Program-made: the position numbers and the translations under genes
Part shown: piece by piece, positions 12,390-25,046 of the stretch
Layout of the letters: the number at the start of each line of letters is the position of its first letter
Numbering within the stretch: the first letter of the stretch is position 1
Assembly (NCBI GenBank): GCA_951406725.2
Contig: OX597814.1
Span: 16,244,001 to 16,308,000 of the forward strand
Reading direction: 5' to 3'
DNA: 64,000 bases
Origin: Octopus vulgaris
Lineage: Eukaryota
The notes under the pieces: model-generated
Seen by the model: only the letters and a program-made list of their open reading frames with translations
The model's database searches: none
What the model was told of the DNA's origin: nothing

Positions 12390-13726
12390 GTATGAAAAGT
12401 CCGTTTGGTTTTTGACTTCGCTAAAATTCAAGTACACTGAAAAGTAGCTAGCTTCAGAGTGTTCTTTGTGTATGTCCACACGTTAGATACTTTAAACTTC
12501 ATTGCAGTTCTACGCGAACGTTCGATGAGATATGTATCTCGAGTAATTGGTCTCAACTTGAAACCGAGGAGCCAAAATGAACTTTATCGAACTGGCAGAA
12601 ACGTTAGCGCGCCCGGCAAAATGCTTAGCAGTATTTCATCTGTACGTTCTGAGTTCAAATTCCGCCAAGGTAGACTTTGCCCTTCGTCCTTTCGGGGTCG
12701 ATAAATTAAGTACCAGTTGCGTATTTGGGTCGATCTAATCGATTGGCCCCCTCCCAAAACTTTCGTGCCTTGTGCCTAGAGTAGAAATGAATATTTAAAA
12801 ATAAAAACAAGGAAACTGCAGAAACTTGCATGAAGATATGCGCCCTCTACGAAGATGATGCTAATACAGAATACGTGTTTAAGAAATGTTTTTCCAAAGA
12901 TTTTGATTGGGAAATTTTTCGGCTCGACACCTCTCTGGCCGTTAAACCCTCGAGTAAAAACAGGATGATCGCAGATATTCTCCAAATATTCAAATCGAGA
13001 GTTGAAATCAATGGTCTCGATGTCTGGATCATACATTAATGACATAAAGCTAATCTCCCAATGGATTTCCATCTGCGTTCCGTTGCAGAAAAATGAAGAA
13101 GACGATCCTTTTCTGAAGCGAATGTTGACAGGGAATATAAAATGGATACTCTATAACAATTTGAAGAGCAAATGATCATCGGATTGTAGCAGCAAACCAG
13201 CACAGTCAACTTCTAAAAGCATGACTTCACCCGAAGCAAGTTATATTTTCAAATTGATGGGATTCGAAGGATGTTATTTTAAGAGGTTCTTCGCATGGAC
13301 AAGACCATCAATTCTGATGTGTACTGTGACTAGATAAAGACAGGCAGTGATCCACTAGAGGCGTCCTGTAACTGATAATCGTAAGGGCATTGTCTTTCAT
13401 CGTGACGATGTTAGTCTGCACACTTATTTTCAGGTGTGGTAGAAGTTACAAGGGCTTTGAAGGGAGGTTTTGTCTCACCCTTTACATATTCCCCCGATCT
13501 TATACCTTCAGATTTCCATGTCTTCAGCTCTTTTCAAACTTCATTGAATGGACAGACCTTTAACTCTGAAGAGGATATAAACTATCATGAGTAAAGTAAA
13601 AGGGAATGGCCAAATATACTAGAGCGAAACGGTAGTCATATCTTTGATTGAATAAATCGCTTTGTGTTTAAAACTTGTTTTATTTTCACTTAAAAGACCA
13701 GACACACTTTTTGGACGGACCCAATA
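12390..13726 (+). mobile_element. Decayed mariner (DD34D) transposon, interrupted by a family A SINE
   Basis: Fragments KICALYEDDA, DPFLKRMLTG.KWILYNN, TINSDVYC, NRKGIVFHRDD, YSPDLIPSDFHVFSS with many stops and frameshifts. Right TIR-like end '...ttttggacggacccaaTA'. The left boundary is approximate. Confidence 0.9.
12588..12795 (+). mobile_element. SINE family A monomer nested in the mariner transposase 5' region
   Basis: 'ctggcagaaacgttagcgcgcccggcaaaatgcttagc...gtgcctagagtagaaatgaatatt'. Confidence 0.9.
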
Positions 13727-14622
13727 TGATAACATTTAATGCATGATTGAATGTGTAATGCATATTACGAATAAGGGGCATAGCTTGCACGAGAAAAGGG
13801 AATTTGTTAAATTCTATAATGTTAAAAACCTCTAATTGATAAGAAAAGGATAAAAATATAAAATGAAGACTCTGGCTTAGTAGTTTGCTCCCGTAAATAA
13901 TTCATACATAACATAGACAATTTCTAAATTATGGTGCATATTTTTCGATTAAAATTTATTTTCGTACGAGACTACCACAACACAAGTATTATTTCGAGAG
14001 AGAAAATAAGCGTTTTTATAAATAATTTTCTGCCTAATATAGTAATTTATTTAAGTAGATACAAAATAGCTGTTATAGAGATAGAACACGAAATAGAAAA
14101 ATAAAATATAATGAGAATGCAATGAGAAAAGTAGAAACGGATATAAAGTATCAGCAATAATTTATGAAACCTAGACTGAATTTTACCATAAAAGGGTATT
14201 TAGACGCAGAGCGAGAGAAATATATTCTCCAGAAAATCTACCAGATAAATAAAGGAAACATATTGCAAAAAAATATCTTCAGGATAAGTTCGGCTCTTCA
14301 GAAAAATAAATCATATCGTCTAAGTCATAGAGATACACAGTTGCACGCACATACAGAGACACTTACACACTCATACGCATATACATATACACACATGACT
14401 ACCCATATTCTCATACCACGTAAGCTATGGGAAAATAACATATATGAGCCAGTTGTGATGTAATGAAAGAAATAAGCATACAAATGTATGAATTGAAATG
14501 TTCTTCGTTTGAGAAACAAAGAGTAACGTCTTAACGACAAAATAGGGGGTAATTTCAAGGCACTTGCAAGTAATTTAAGGCCAAAAAGAAATTCCTTCTA
14601 TACAATGATGTGAAGTATAGTA

Positions 14623-15011
14623 GTGGAGGCGCAATGGCCCAGTGGTTAGGACAGCGGACTCGCGGTCATAGGATCGCGGTTTCGATTCCCAGACCGGGCG
14701 TTGTGAGTGTTTATTGAGCGAAAACACCTAAAAGCTCCACGAGGCTCCGGCAGGGGATGGTGGTGATCCCTGCTGTACTCTTTCACCACAACTTTCTCTC
14801 ACTCTTACGTCCTGTTTCTGTTGTACCTGTATTTCAAGGGGCCGGCCTTGTTACACTCAGTGTCACGCTGAATATCCCCGAGAACTACGTTAAGGGTGCA
14901 CGTGTCTGTGGAGTGCTCAGTCACTTACACGTTAATTTCACGAGCAGGCTGTTCAGTTGATTCGGATCAACCGGAACCCTCATCGTCGTAACCGACAGAG
15001 TACTTCCATCC
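14623..15011 (+). mobile_element. tRNA-derived SINE family B (tail type a), full length, 10-bp TSD
   Basis: A box 'tggcccagtgg', B box 'gtttcgattcc'. TSD aagtatagta at 14613-14622 and 15012-15021. Confidence 0.95.
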
Positions 15012-16434
15012 AAGTATAGTATCAAACAAAGAGCAAAGGAATTAGCTTACGTTTACTGGACTTCATTATTAAATTGTCATCAACCCAATCCCACTTGAAT
15101 CAGTAGTCAGAGAAAGATTTTCAGGTAGAACAAAGCTAACGGTTTTCAGCGGTAGAAATTTTAGAATTGTAATAGCGAGGTAAGAAATAGAGCAAAGAAT
15201 AATTCAAACCAGACAGGAATTAAGAGATTTACCTGAATGAACCATGTGTTTTTTCTTTGGAGGAAGAAAATCAAGATTGGTGTTATTAGTTATGGAAGCT
15301 GAAATTAAAGGGAAAATCCTTTCGTAAAATAAATGAAAAAATATTCAGTGAAAGAAAAAATCCCACTTAGTGGGAGAGAGCCAAAAATGTTTGTTAGGAA
15401 AATGATAGCTGAAGATATTGTTTAATAGTATTAAAATATCAGCAGAGAGGCAAATTTTCCAAATCTCAATTGATCAATGGATAGGAAGTTACGTTGCCAG
15501 GTAAGGAAGAAGAGATCTTAAACCTAACTGTGAAAGCGTAAATTTCTATGAAATTCATCCCCAGTCTCTTAGGGGTTGCTATGAAGTGCGGCTGCATTTT
15601 AGTTTTATTTTTATATATATATGAAAATTCCAATTCAGTAACAATTTTTCTGTACACCACAACTTATATGCATGCATACATGTATGTGATCATGGGTGAT
15701 CATGAGCGTTAGAGCGTGTGCGTATCATTCAACTACGGTACTAGTTGAATAATATTCTTAAGACCGCAATTTAATCATCCGCACCATCTTTCAGAGCTTG
15801 TTGCTTATTCAGATATTAACCAAATTGAAAACACTATTAACACTTTTGAAGAGGACTGGTCCCTAGCTGCATTTTGGCATAACAACATTGAGATTTGATC
15901 CAGTAGAAAAAAAAGTTTACATCAAAATGTGTAGCAATGTTGTAGGAAAGTAAGTAACGCCACCAATCAAGTTTAGATCCAAATAACTTTCTATATTTTG
16001 TAGGCAAACTATATTTATGTTAGCTTCAATGATAGAAGAAAGTATGAAGATGTTCGTAGTTTTGGCCCCATGCAACACAAGTTTGTATCAAAAAAGTCGT
16101 CAGGTATAATATCATTTAAAGGAAGATAAGTAAGGTAAAAATCTGGATTTAAGTATAATTATCTTTTTTAATTTTAAAAACAAACTATGTTTTAGTTAAG
16201 TTTAAATGATAGAACTCAATTCCAGGAATTTCATGGTATCAACCTCATGCAATGAAGTGTGAAGAGAAATAGTTACGAGTGTTTGTTTCTCAAATTTGAG
16301 GGTGATAATATAGTTCTATAAAGGACATGAATACATGTCACCGGCAACATTGATGTAAGGACAAATTATCAGCAACACCGCTAATTGACACATTATTAAT
16401 TAGCATAATAGCATAGCCTGGAAAAAACATGGAT

Positions 16435-16605
16435 TACGAGGAAAAATGCGAGCAAGAGAAGTAATATTCTTAATATTATAAAACTGGAAATTTGCAGGAC
16501 AAGTTATTAAACTTGGAAAAAGTTCAGGACAAGTTATTATATCTGGTACAGAACAAGAAAATCCTTACTTAAAATATTGCAGCTAAGAATAAAATTTGTA
16601 TATTA
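16435..16605 (+). repeat. Unclassified dispersed repeat, copy 2
   Basis: Matches the reverse complement of 5130-5300. Internal duplication of 'caggacaagttatt'. Confidence 0.75.
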
Positions 16606-16659
16606 ATAATTATTTGATTCTAATTTACAAATTAAAATTATAATTCAAAAAAATTAACC

Positions 16660-16816
16660 ATCATTTTGTCCGTCGCAGGATTACTCATTTTACCAGCTGA
16701 GAGGACTGGAGTCGTGTATTGCTCAAAATCATAGCGTGTCACCCGGTCTAGAAATCGAAGCCACAATCTTATGATCATGCGTCCAACACCCTAACCTCTA
16801 AGCCACGCACCTCCAC
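16660..16816 (-). mobile_element. tRNA-derived SINE family D
   Basis: Reverse strand 'gtggaggtgcgtggcttagaggttagggtgttgg...cttcgatttctagaccgggtgac'. Similar to 33315 and 59015. Confidence 0.75.
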
Positions 16817-17159
16817 ACTAGCAAAAGAGTTCAGCGGGTAAACAGTTACGTTAATAGATCCACTACTAATATTGAAAACAAGGTTGGGTGACTATCGTAG
16901 CTTTCATATATATATATATATGTATATCTTCTATTTAAAAAAATTATATTTAAATGGATAATTTATTTCACCCATAACACAATAGAGTATTTTCCATCTG
17001 CTGGCAGTCAAGTGAAAATTTTTCCCTTTACGATCTACTCACCAGAAGGGGAATATTTCTTCCCAAGAGCTGTTCAGGGAATTCGGAAGACAAAGTGGTC
17101 GCACTTCTTCAATTGTCGTAAGTCCTATCGTAAAGATTTACAACAGATGAAGATATATA

Positions 17160-17385
17160 TTTTATACTTTGTCTGTTACTTGTTTCAGTCATTAGATTGT
17201 GGCCATGTTGGAAAAATAATTTAATGAATTTTTAAATAGAATAAATTGACCCCAGTACTTTTAATATTTTAAAAGCTTGGTACTTATCCTACCGAACTTT
17301 ATTGCCGAAACCTTAAGTTACGTGTACATAAGCACATCTATATCTAGTGGTGGGGGACAAACATAGACACAAAAACAAATATACA
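17160..17385 (-). mobile_element. 3' portion of SINE family C, decayed
   Basis: 'ttacttgtttcagtcattagattgtggccatgttgg...gggggacaaacatagacaca' matches the reverse of 44480-44690. Confidence 0.75.
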
Positions 17386-17400
17386 TAAACCAAATATATA

Positions 17401-17860
17401 CAGGGTGGGTAAAAAGTAAGCAGGCGTTTAAAAATTGGTAATAAAATCCATTTTTGTTTCACAAATTTATTGAAACAAATTATACATGTTCTTTACTACT
17501 TAGGAAAATGAAAGTAAGTCTTCATATTTCAACATAAGCATCGGTGGCGTCAACCAGCTTCCTAGAATGGCCAGGGATGAGCAACCTTCTGAAGGCCGTC
17601 GTCAGGGATATCCTTGAGAATCTGCTGAATCCGTGTCTCCAAGTCCTCCAGTGTGCGAGGTTTTGTTTTGCACATCTCTTCTTTTTGTGCAACCCAACAG
17701 GTAAAAATAACATGTAGAGAGATCTGGATTTCTGCACTTCTGCTGTCATAGTCCTCAGGTTTTAGCTCCTGCACATAATGAGGCTTCCACGGACGAAAAT
17801 TTAATTCTTTATGCAACACCGTACGTATTCTGTGTCTTCGCGAGTTGACTTTGGCGGAAT
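17401..17860 (-). mobile_element. Internally deleted Tc1/mariner-superfamily element (maT/rosa-like)
   Basis: Terminus TA|CAGGGTG. ORF 17562-17819 joins LHKELNFRPWKPHYVQEL directly to the C-terminal ...KPRTLEDLETRIQQILKDIP, so the catalytic core is missing. Confidence 0.75.
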
Positions 17861-17865
17861 GGGAT

Positions 17866-17982
17866 TAATATTTGCTGGAGCCTATGTTTTATACAAAGAC
17901 AAAAGAAAAATGAACATTATAACACTTCCAATAATTTAAGATCAAAATACATGAGAGCCACAGGTTGGTACTGCATCAGGAC

Positions 17983-18024
<42 letters not shown>

Positions 18025-18567
18025 TGAGTGGGAAAGCAGTACACGCAATCAAAATGACCCGGGGTAAAATATACAAATCCCAGTATACCCATCATGACTA
18101 TTAGTCTGTTAAGGGTACACCAGGCACATGCATCACAACCAGATGTGCGCGAAATGATGATCTCATATCAAGATAAACAGCGCATGACCTTGCAGGTGGG
18201 GCGCAGTTAGAATTTTCTTAATGTTGAGCATCCCATCCCAATGAAAATGTCGCTGAATAAGGGTCGTTTAAGGATGTTGAATGAAACACCCATTTCAACG
18301 GTGAAATACCGAAACTCCAAAGAATTCTTCTTAACACATGGCTGTTTCTGCTCCCCCACTACTTCTGCTCGTTATCTGAGCTATACATATCATCAGCCAC
18401 ACCAAGGGACAACTGGTTAAGGTCAAACAACTGACAAGTAAATCTATGGTATTGGGTAGAATATTTGCTGCAGCCCATCTTTTATGTAAAAAGAAAACAT
18501 TGTGCATCATAACAAATCCAGTTGGTTAAGATCAGAAGCCATGAGTGTCACTGACTGTTACTGCACA
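17866..18567. repeat. Unclassified ~700-bp element with diverged ~110-bp direct repeats at both ends and an (ATT)n tract
   Basis: 'aatatttgctggagcc...taagatcaaaatacatgagagccac...tactgca' (17866-17977) recurs as 'aatatttgctgcagcc...taagatcagaagccatgagtgtcac...tactgca' (18461-18566). Confidence 0.7.
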
Positions 18568-18696
18568 ATATCCAATCTCGTGATGTTGTTGATAGAAGAT
18601 ATTGTGTGTATGGGGATCGGTACTGTCTGTCAAGTCGCAACAAGGACTGAAGACAGACAATACGTGTAGTTCTAGGTAATGCCGATTTTTGATATA

Positions 18697-18700
18697 CTAC

Positions 18701-18731
<31 letters not shown>

Positions 18732-18780
18732 TTATTATTATTATTATTTTTATTGTTGTTGTTGTTGTTGTTGTTGGTGT
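18697..18780. repeat. (ATT)n/(TTG)n microsatellite
   Basis: Directly visible. Confidence 0.95.
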
Positions 18781-19771
18781 TTTTTTTGCTATCATTACCA
18801 TGTTTTTCTGTTATGGTACAAAATATCTACAGTGGAATTTTCTTCAGACATAATCAATATCAATCCAAAATTTTTGTACGATTTTATAGGGCAAATCCTG
18901 AGCTTTCTTACTAAACTTCTAAAGCATTACTATCGAAGTAAAATAGTGCACAGCAACATAGATTCGTCGCAAGTTGTCAAAATATTTACTAGTTCTTAAC
19001 ATTTCCATCTTAGCTTTAGAGGTGAAAGATATATATTACCACTTGGATTCTCAAATAATCTATCTGTAAAATGCTAAACTCCAACAAGCTATAATGAATA
19101 TTTCTTTAAGCACTTTAAAAATATCTAATTAAAAGTTGCCTGAAATTGATCTTTCGATAGAGTAAGCAAGTAATTGAAATAATATGTTTTATATTAATTT
19201 AAAATATACAATACCAGTAGCTAATGATGCATATTGTTAGTAAGTTTACGAATATCCAAAAAGTACAGAAACGCGGATATTATTAACAGTAAATTTTCTT
19301 GGAACATACTTTAATATGTAATAGAACGTTTTAAGGATTTTTTTAAAATGCATACTACTGGGAGATAACATGACCTTTAAGAATAATATGTCATTTTCAT
19401 AGGGAACTCTAAGTGGTAGGGCAATTAAATATGATGTCATGTACTAAATCCCTGCTTCCTGAGGTTTAGACTTCTGTACTTTCTTTGCAAACTCTCGACG
19501 TTAAATATTAAATGCATCAATATCACGAGTTTCGTCAATCTTTTCAATGTCATGATCAAAACATTGCCAAATGATCGGGCCATAATATTCGTGTCAATGT
19601 GTTTTGCATCAAACAGCGACCAAATTTCTTTCGAATCCTATCGTGCCGTTTACAGAGATACTTTTCATAATGTACTTTTACAGAAACTAGGCAGGATAAA
19701 TGGGATAAATATACTTACAAATTATCTCTTCATTGGATTCTTTAACAATATATCTTTTTGTTGAAAGCATG

Positions 19772-19988
19772 CGGTGAGCTGGTAGATTTCTTAACATGTC
19801 GGACAAAATACTTCGTAGCATTTCTTCCGATTTCACGACATTCTTTTATGAAATTCTTCCATTCTTGTATGGAAGTTGACTTCACTATTCATTCTTTTGT
19901 GGTTGCTAAAATAAACTGCAAGTTTTGTACTGGGGATGATGTAATCGACGAGACCCCTTTCCGAAATGTGCTGACCAAAATTTGAAAC
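19772..19988 (+). mobile_element. Old SINE family A copy
   Basis: 'gcggtgagctggtagatttcttaacatgtcggacaaaatac...gttgacttcactattcattcttttgtggttgctaaaataa'. Confidence 0.7.
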
Positions 19989-22900
19989 CATCAATTTCGT
20001 TGAAAGAAAAGCAATTCCACAGTATTAACAACAAAGATGTGGGTTGACTACAAGGCAGTCAGTTATACGGCGCTCATTCTGCCTCTTGCTTTGCACTTCA
20101 GTCTTTCAAGACGATTAAAATATAAATGTACCACAGGCACATCTGAAAACTTGAGCATAATTGTTAGGATAGACCTTGAAATATTCCTAAAATTCCAAAT
20201 ACCTCAACATTAGAAGAAAAGTATAACCAACTCTTACTTTTAACTATATACTTTGCTAGTTGTTTTAGGTGCCTATATTGTCCTGAACAAGCACAAACAT
20301 CTGTCATCCTCTTTCATCCTTGACCAAGCAGCACATCCAGGATATGTTAGCTGTAGCAGCACTTGGCTGGTATTCATTTGTAAATGAATATTCCTAAAAT
20401 TTCACACGCAACTTCCAATTTTTTCAAACTTTTCAACCCGCAAACATTTTTCACTTCTAAGGCAAGGCAGTTGCAAATCAGTATTCTAAAGAGCGAACCG
20501 TATAGCACCGAGAGCTGTGAGAGAATCGTTATTTTTCGAAAGACACAGAGTGCAGAGTTCGAAACTTCCTTTGGATCTTAGGCTATGACTGAAACACTGA
20601 GCACTGAAACTAATTTCAATTCTTTCCACATCGCTCTAACAGGATCTTCGGGTCAGAAATGGAGAAGAGTATTAACTTTTCCGATTTTACTTATGCAAAC
20701 AAAACAACAAGAACGAAATCGAATTAAACCAAAATAAATAAATAAAAAATCGAGAAAAAGAAGCAAACAGAAAAAGTGTTTTCATCTATTCTCGAACAGA
20801 AATCACTAAATGAAGAGAAATGTAACCACTGAACATGAACTTTTGTGCAATTTCATACCTGATTTTTCTTTTTAATCTAAATAATGTTCATATTCCGGTT
20901 CGTGCTTCATCGATCATTATTCATTATTATCATTATGCTTTTATTTATTTATTTATTCGTAGAATTATAGAATATTTTACGTCCTCTTTTTTTTTACACT
21001 TAACACACATGTTCATTAACATATTTTTATTGTTTCAGATTTACGCGTATTTCCAGCTTGCTAGTCTAAATTTTAATTATTTCTACACGTGCCAACTTAT
21101 GTTATTTGTTTTACACTAATTCAAATCATCATTATTATTTTGTTTATTATTTTTAATTTTCGTTTGGCTGTTGCATTTTATTTTTGGCAATTCTCTCTGG
21201 TTTTTCCTATTTTGTTTGGTAGTTTTTATTTTCTATTCATTTTGTACCATAACAATCTTTAGATTTTCCATACGTTAAACCTGTGCTGTATCTAAACACT
21301 ATTTTATTATCGATGCAATTCTAAATTTCCCCTCTCAACAATGTTTATATTCAACAAAAGGAAAAACAAAAATGAAAGCATGACAAGAAATAACTGTTCT
21401 TATTTCATGCATTGATAGTCTTAATTACTGGCATCGCTAAGCAACTATATGTAATTTAGTTTTATTTATTGTGTATTATTTTTTTATTTTAATTTTCTTA
21501 CATCTACATTCATCTATTCTTGGTTTTGATTTGCTACACAGATGCTATTTTATATTTTTGTCTAATATGACGTTCTTTCGTTTAATATTCCGACACCCCG
21601 AAGTTTTAATTTAGCTAGTTTGTGAAATAATAAATCTATAAAACAGTAATAAAAATAATGTCCTTTGTTTTTTAGACATTAGCTAACAATTTTAAAAGGA
21701 TGACTGAATTATATCCATAGTTTACTTAAGGGCACTAGGCAGTGAAATGAAATTATTACAATACAAACATGAAAACGTATTGCAAATCGTGATTAAAAGT
21801 ATTTTTCTTTGTACGGCATTAGCTAAAGTAGAGCAAAAATAATGTTCTTATTCATTAAAAACCTCATTCATTACAAGTACACGCATTTCGAATCTACCAA
21901 AGTTATAAGCAAGTTTCCTTTGGATAATTCGAAATATGAAGACATGGACATCGCTAAGGACACGGCATGAATGTTTCAGTCTTATTTGCCCACTTTGCAA
22001 GAATTCGTCCCTATATTGGCTACCTTACTGGAATATTTTAACAGAATATTTATGCCCTTGGAAGTATTCCACAATATAATTTTCAATTCCTTCCACTTCC
22101 TAGTTTGGCAGTTAAGATATTCGGAAAAACATACACACTAAGTCAACTCATCTTACCTAACCTCAAGTAGAAAGTTTGTCGTAATCCACTGCGAGCTAAT
22201 TTCGACATGGCAAAGTTGTTGACATGGTGAGTTAGTTCCATGTAGCAATCAGTTGTCTTACCCTTCATCACAAATGCCGTTGTTATGTGCGTAAATATCA
22301 CAGCAAATTAATATTCACATGAGCTGCCAATTGGATTGTTAGAGAAATAGAATGGTAATTACAAATGTACATTGAAAAATAGAAGCGATTCAAAATCTTA
22401 TATGTTGAAAAACAACCAATATATCCATAAAATGAATCCCCTATGATACAAACTGTCAATCCGAAATATATAGACCCTTTAGTCTTTTTCTCTTTTTTTT
22501 TGCTGGGATAGAGGAATTAATTTTGTTCTTATTCCAGTTTCTCATTGTTTTATTGCAGTAAAGCAATGTTTAGTTAATATTATGTGTGCTTGTGCGAGTA
22601 TATGTGTGTGTGAATAAATATGTGTGTGCGTGTGCGTGAGTGGGTGAGTAAGAGAAAAAGAGAGAGAGAGATACACAAGTAGGCGTAAAATATGGATTTA
22701 AAACCCAACTTTGCTTGTCCATCCATTGGAATTGTGGAAAATATGCACCAGATGAGTACTGGCTCTCAAACAAATCAATTTTGGAAAAATAATAATGAAT
22801 GAATGATGTCATATCGGTTCATAATTAGGAAGTTCTTATAAATTTCATACGTCTTTTGTGGATCTTGATAAAAGCAAATGGTTAACATCTGAATAAAATT

Positions 22901-23258
22901 CCGCATATTGAATGAAATTGTGAATCCACGAACCAAATATTTTGTATCACATACATTGGAAAATTATACCCCTCATTTCTAGTATTTAGACTAATTTACC
23001 AGAACTGCTGTGAAAAGAACGCATTCTACTTGAACGTTCGGTTCATACTTTCATGGTTTCAATTTGTGAAAGAGGGCGTACATTTACTTTTTGAACAAGA
23101 CACTTCCTTTCACACTGTTCCTGTTTCCTCAGCTGCAAGCGAGAACTATCCTGGTTCTGGTGTAGCTCTCTCTCTCACTCTTTCTTTCTTTCTTTCTTTC
23201 TGCCTGTCTGTATCTCTCTCTGTTTCCCTATTTCCCTATCTCTCTTTATTTATGACAG

Positions 23259-23384
23259 CCTTTATCTATGAAGTCCTACTGAGTCAAAGGTCAGGGGTCC
23301 TAGCATGTGTCGATATCCGCTCGCGACTGCAGAGGTACAAGAATGAAGAAAAGCTTGGTATAATTCACGAAGTAAAACCCGGAC
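23259..23384 (+). CDS. Candidate internal coding exon (126 nt, phase 1-1) of an unidentified gene
   Basis: Long pyrimidine tract ending 'gacag|', donor 'GAC|gtaagt', raised GC/CpG content. One open frame: (A)FIYEVLLSQRSGVLACVDIRSRLQRYKNEEKLGIIHEVKPG. Confidence 0.5.
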
Positions 23385-24142
23385 GTAAGTGACGACTTTA
23401 CTACTTGGCTATACTAAGATGAGTAATAGTAATATGCGTAAAAAACATAGTTATGAGTTTTAGAATGCTGCCGTTTTCGAGTTGTCGAATCATCGATGAA
23501 AACTTCATCTATCAACAATTCATTATCCATGGCCATTTTACTTGATGCGCGAATTTAATGTTGGAAACTGAATCAATATGGAATCGAAACTGCATTCCAG
23601 ATTCTACTTTGTTGGGATCAAACTTTACCCATATGATGCACACATATAATAAAATATTATTTCCTTATTGACCTTACTCTCAGTATTGTTATTTTTTCCT
23701 TCTAAGTAAAAACCAGTGAGATGGCCTCCTATACGATCATTCGATTTGTTAGATACATCAGTCAAATATTTCTTAACTGACACCATATTATTAGAAAGAT
23801 CTAAATATTGGATGGTATAGTACCAGATAAGTTATATCTGAAATACATGATTTTAGCTAGATTTCATCTGACATAGGTATCATGGATTAAAACTGACAGA
23901 GGTGGGGGGGTGAATAAAAACACCAGCGTCGAAGTCACCATCACCAACAACGTAGCTTATATGTGATTGCTCACCCTGGTAGAAATAGCAATATTAATTC
24001 TTTTAATTTGCACCAGATCATCTTTAGAATGAAGGGCGCCCAGGACAGAGTAGTCTTAGAAATGGAAAATGAGGAAATGACCACTATTGAAGCATATTTA
24101 CTAACAGATTTTTAGAGATAACCCGGGGTTAAACAACAACAA

Positions 24143-24447
24143 GTGGAGGCGCAATGGCTCAATGGTTAGGGCAGCGGACTCGCGGTTTCGACTCCCAGAC
24201 CGGCGTTCTGCGTGTTTATTGAGCGAAACACCTAAAGCTCCACTAGGCTCCGGCAGGGGGTGGTGGCGACCCCTGTTGTACTCTTTCGCCCCAACTTTCT
24301 CTCACTCTTTCTTCCTGTGTCTTGAGTGACGCTGCGATGGACTGGCGTCCCGTCCAGCTGGGGGGGGGGGCACATACGCCATAGAAACCGGGAAACTGGT
24401 CCCATGAGCATGAATAGGCTTGAAAAGGGCGCATAAATAAAAAAAAC
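24143..24447 (+). mobile_element. SINE family B (tail type b)
   Basis: Same head as 14623 with a small deletion between 'cgcggt' repeats. Different 3' tail 'gcgatggactggcgtcccgtccagc...gaaaccgggaaac', A-rich end. Confidence 0.92.
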
Positions 24448-24606
24448 ATAACTAGTAAGAGCCTCTTATAGTGAAGCTAGTCACAAAAAAAAGTAATGGA
24501 TTCTTAGGAGGAGTTGAGGAAATCCTCCACAAATCACATAATCTCAAAGCAGAAAACGATTATACATTAGATAATATGGTCATTTAAAAAATCAATAAGA
24601 ATAAAG

Positions 24607-25046
24607 GGATCTTTTCGGTTTGACCGGCAGTTTTTAAAATAATTTCCACGTAACTAAATACTTTTAAACTTCGTAAACTGGTAGAATGTGTTTATAAAAC
24701 ATCTTTTCTCTTGGCTTTATTGAGAAAATTCTATAGTTTGTAAGATATTTGTTGTTTTTTTATTCAATTTCTGCAATTTCAACGAATCAATTACGTCTAT
24801 TGAGGTGAAAAATTCTGTGACGTATGAATATATCCTTCGTTTAAGAAACAGATTGGGTTTATTTACATTTCTGAAGAAAAACAAATACTCTTCCCCCACC
24901 CCTAACCCTAACCCTAACTAATCCTAACTTTAACCCTAACCCTAAAACAGATTGAAATGCTATAGATCTATACTAGGGTCATAATTATGGGTGACAATTT
25001 CATATGACACCGCTCGAAAAAACTGCCGGTCAAACCGAAAAGATCC
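24607..25046. mobile_element. MITE with perfect 29-bp TIRs, ~8-bp TSD and internal (CCCTAA)n; Merlin-like termini
   Basis: TIR ggatcttttcggtttgaccggcagttttt / aaaaactgccggtcaaaccgaaaagatcc. Flanks gaataaag and gaataagg (7/8). Telomere-type repeats at ~24896-24945. Confidence 0.9.

Noticed and set aside
14623-14700. tRNA-like sequence with A and B boxes (also at 24143, 33315, 44131)
   Set aside because: These continue into SINE bodies, some with TSDs, and have no proper acceptor stem, so they are SINE heads rather than tRNA genes.
20269-20400. Possible exon after 'ttgttttag|', and similar acceptors at 10360, 34991, 36544 and 48872
   Set aside because: No strong matching donor, or stops in the plausible frames. 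Such sites are frequent by chance in AT-rich DNA.
24896-24945. Telomeric repeat suggesting a chromosome end or fusion site
   Set aside because: Short, degenerate and enclosed within MITE TIRs.
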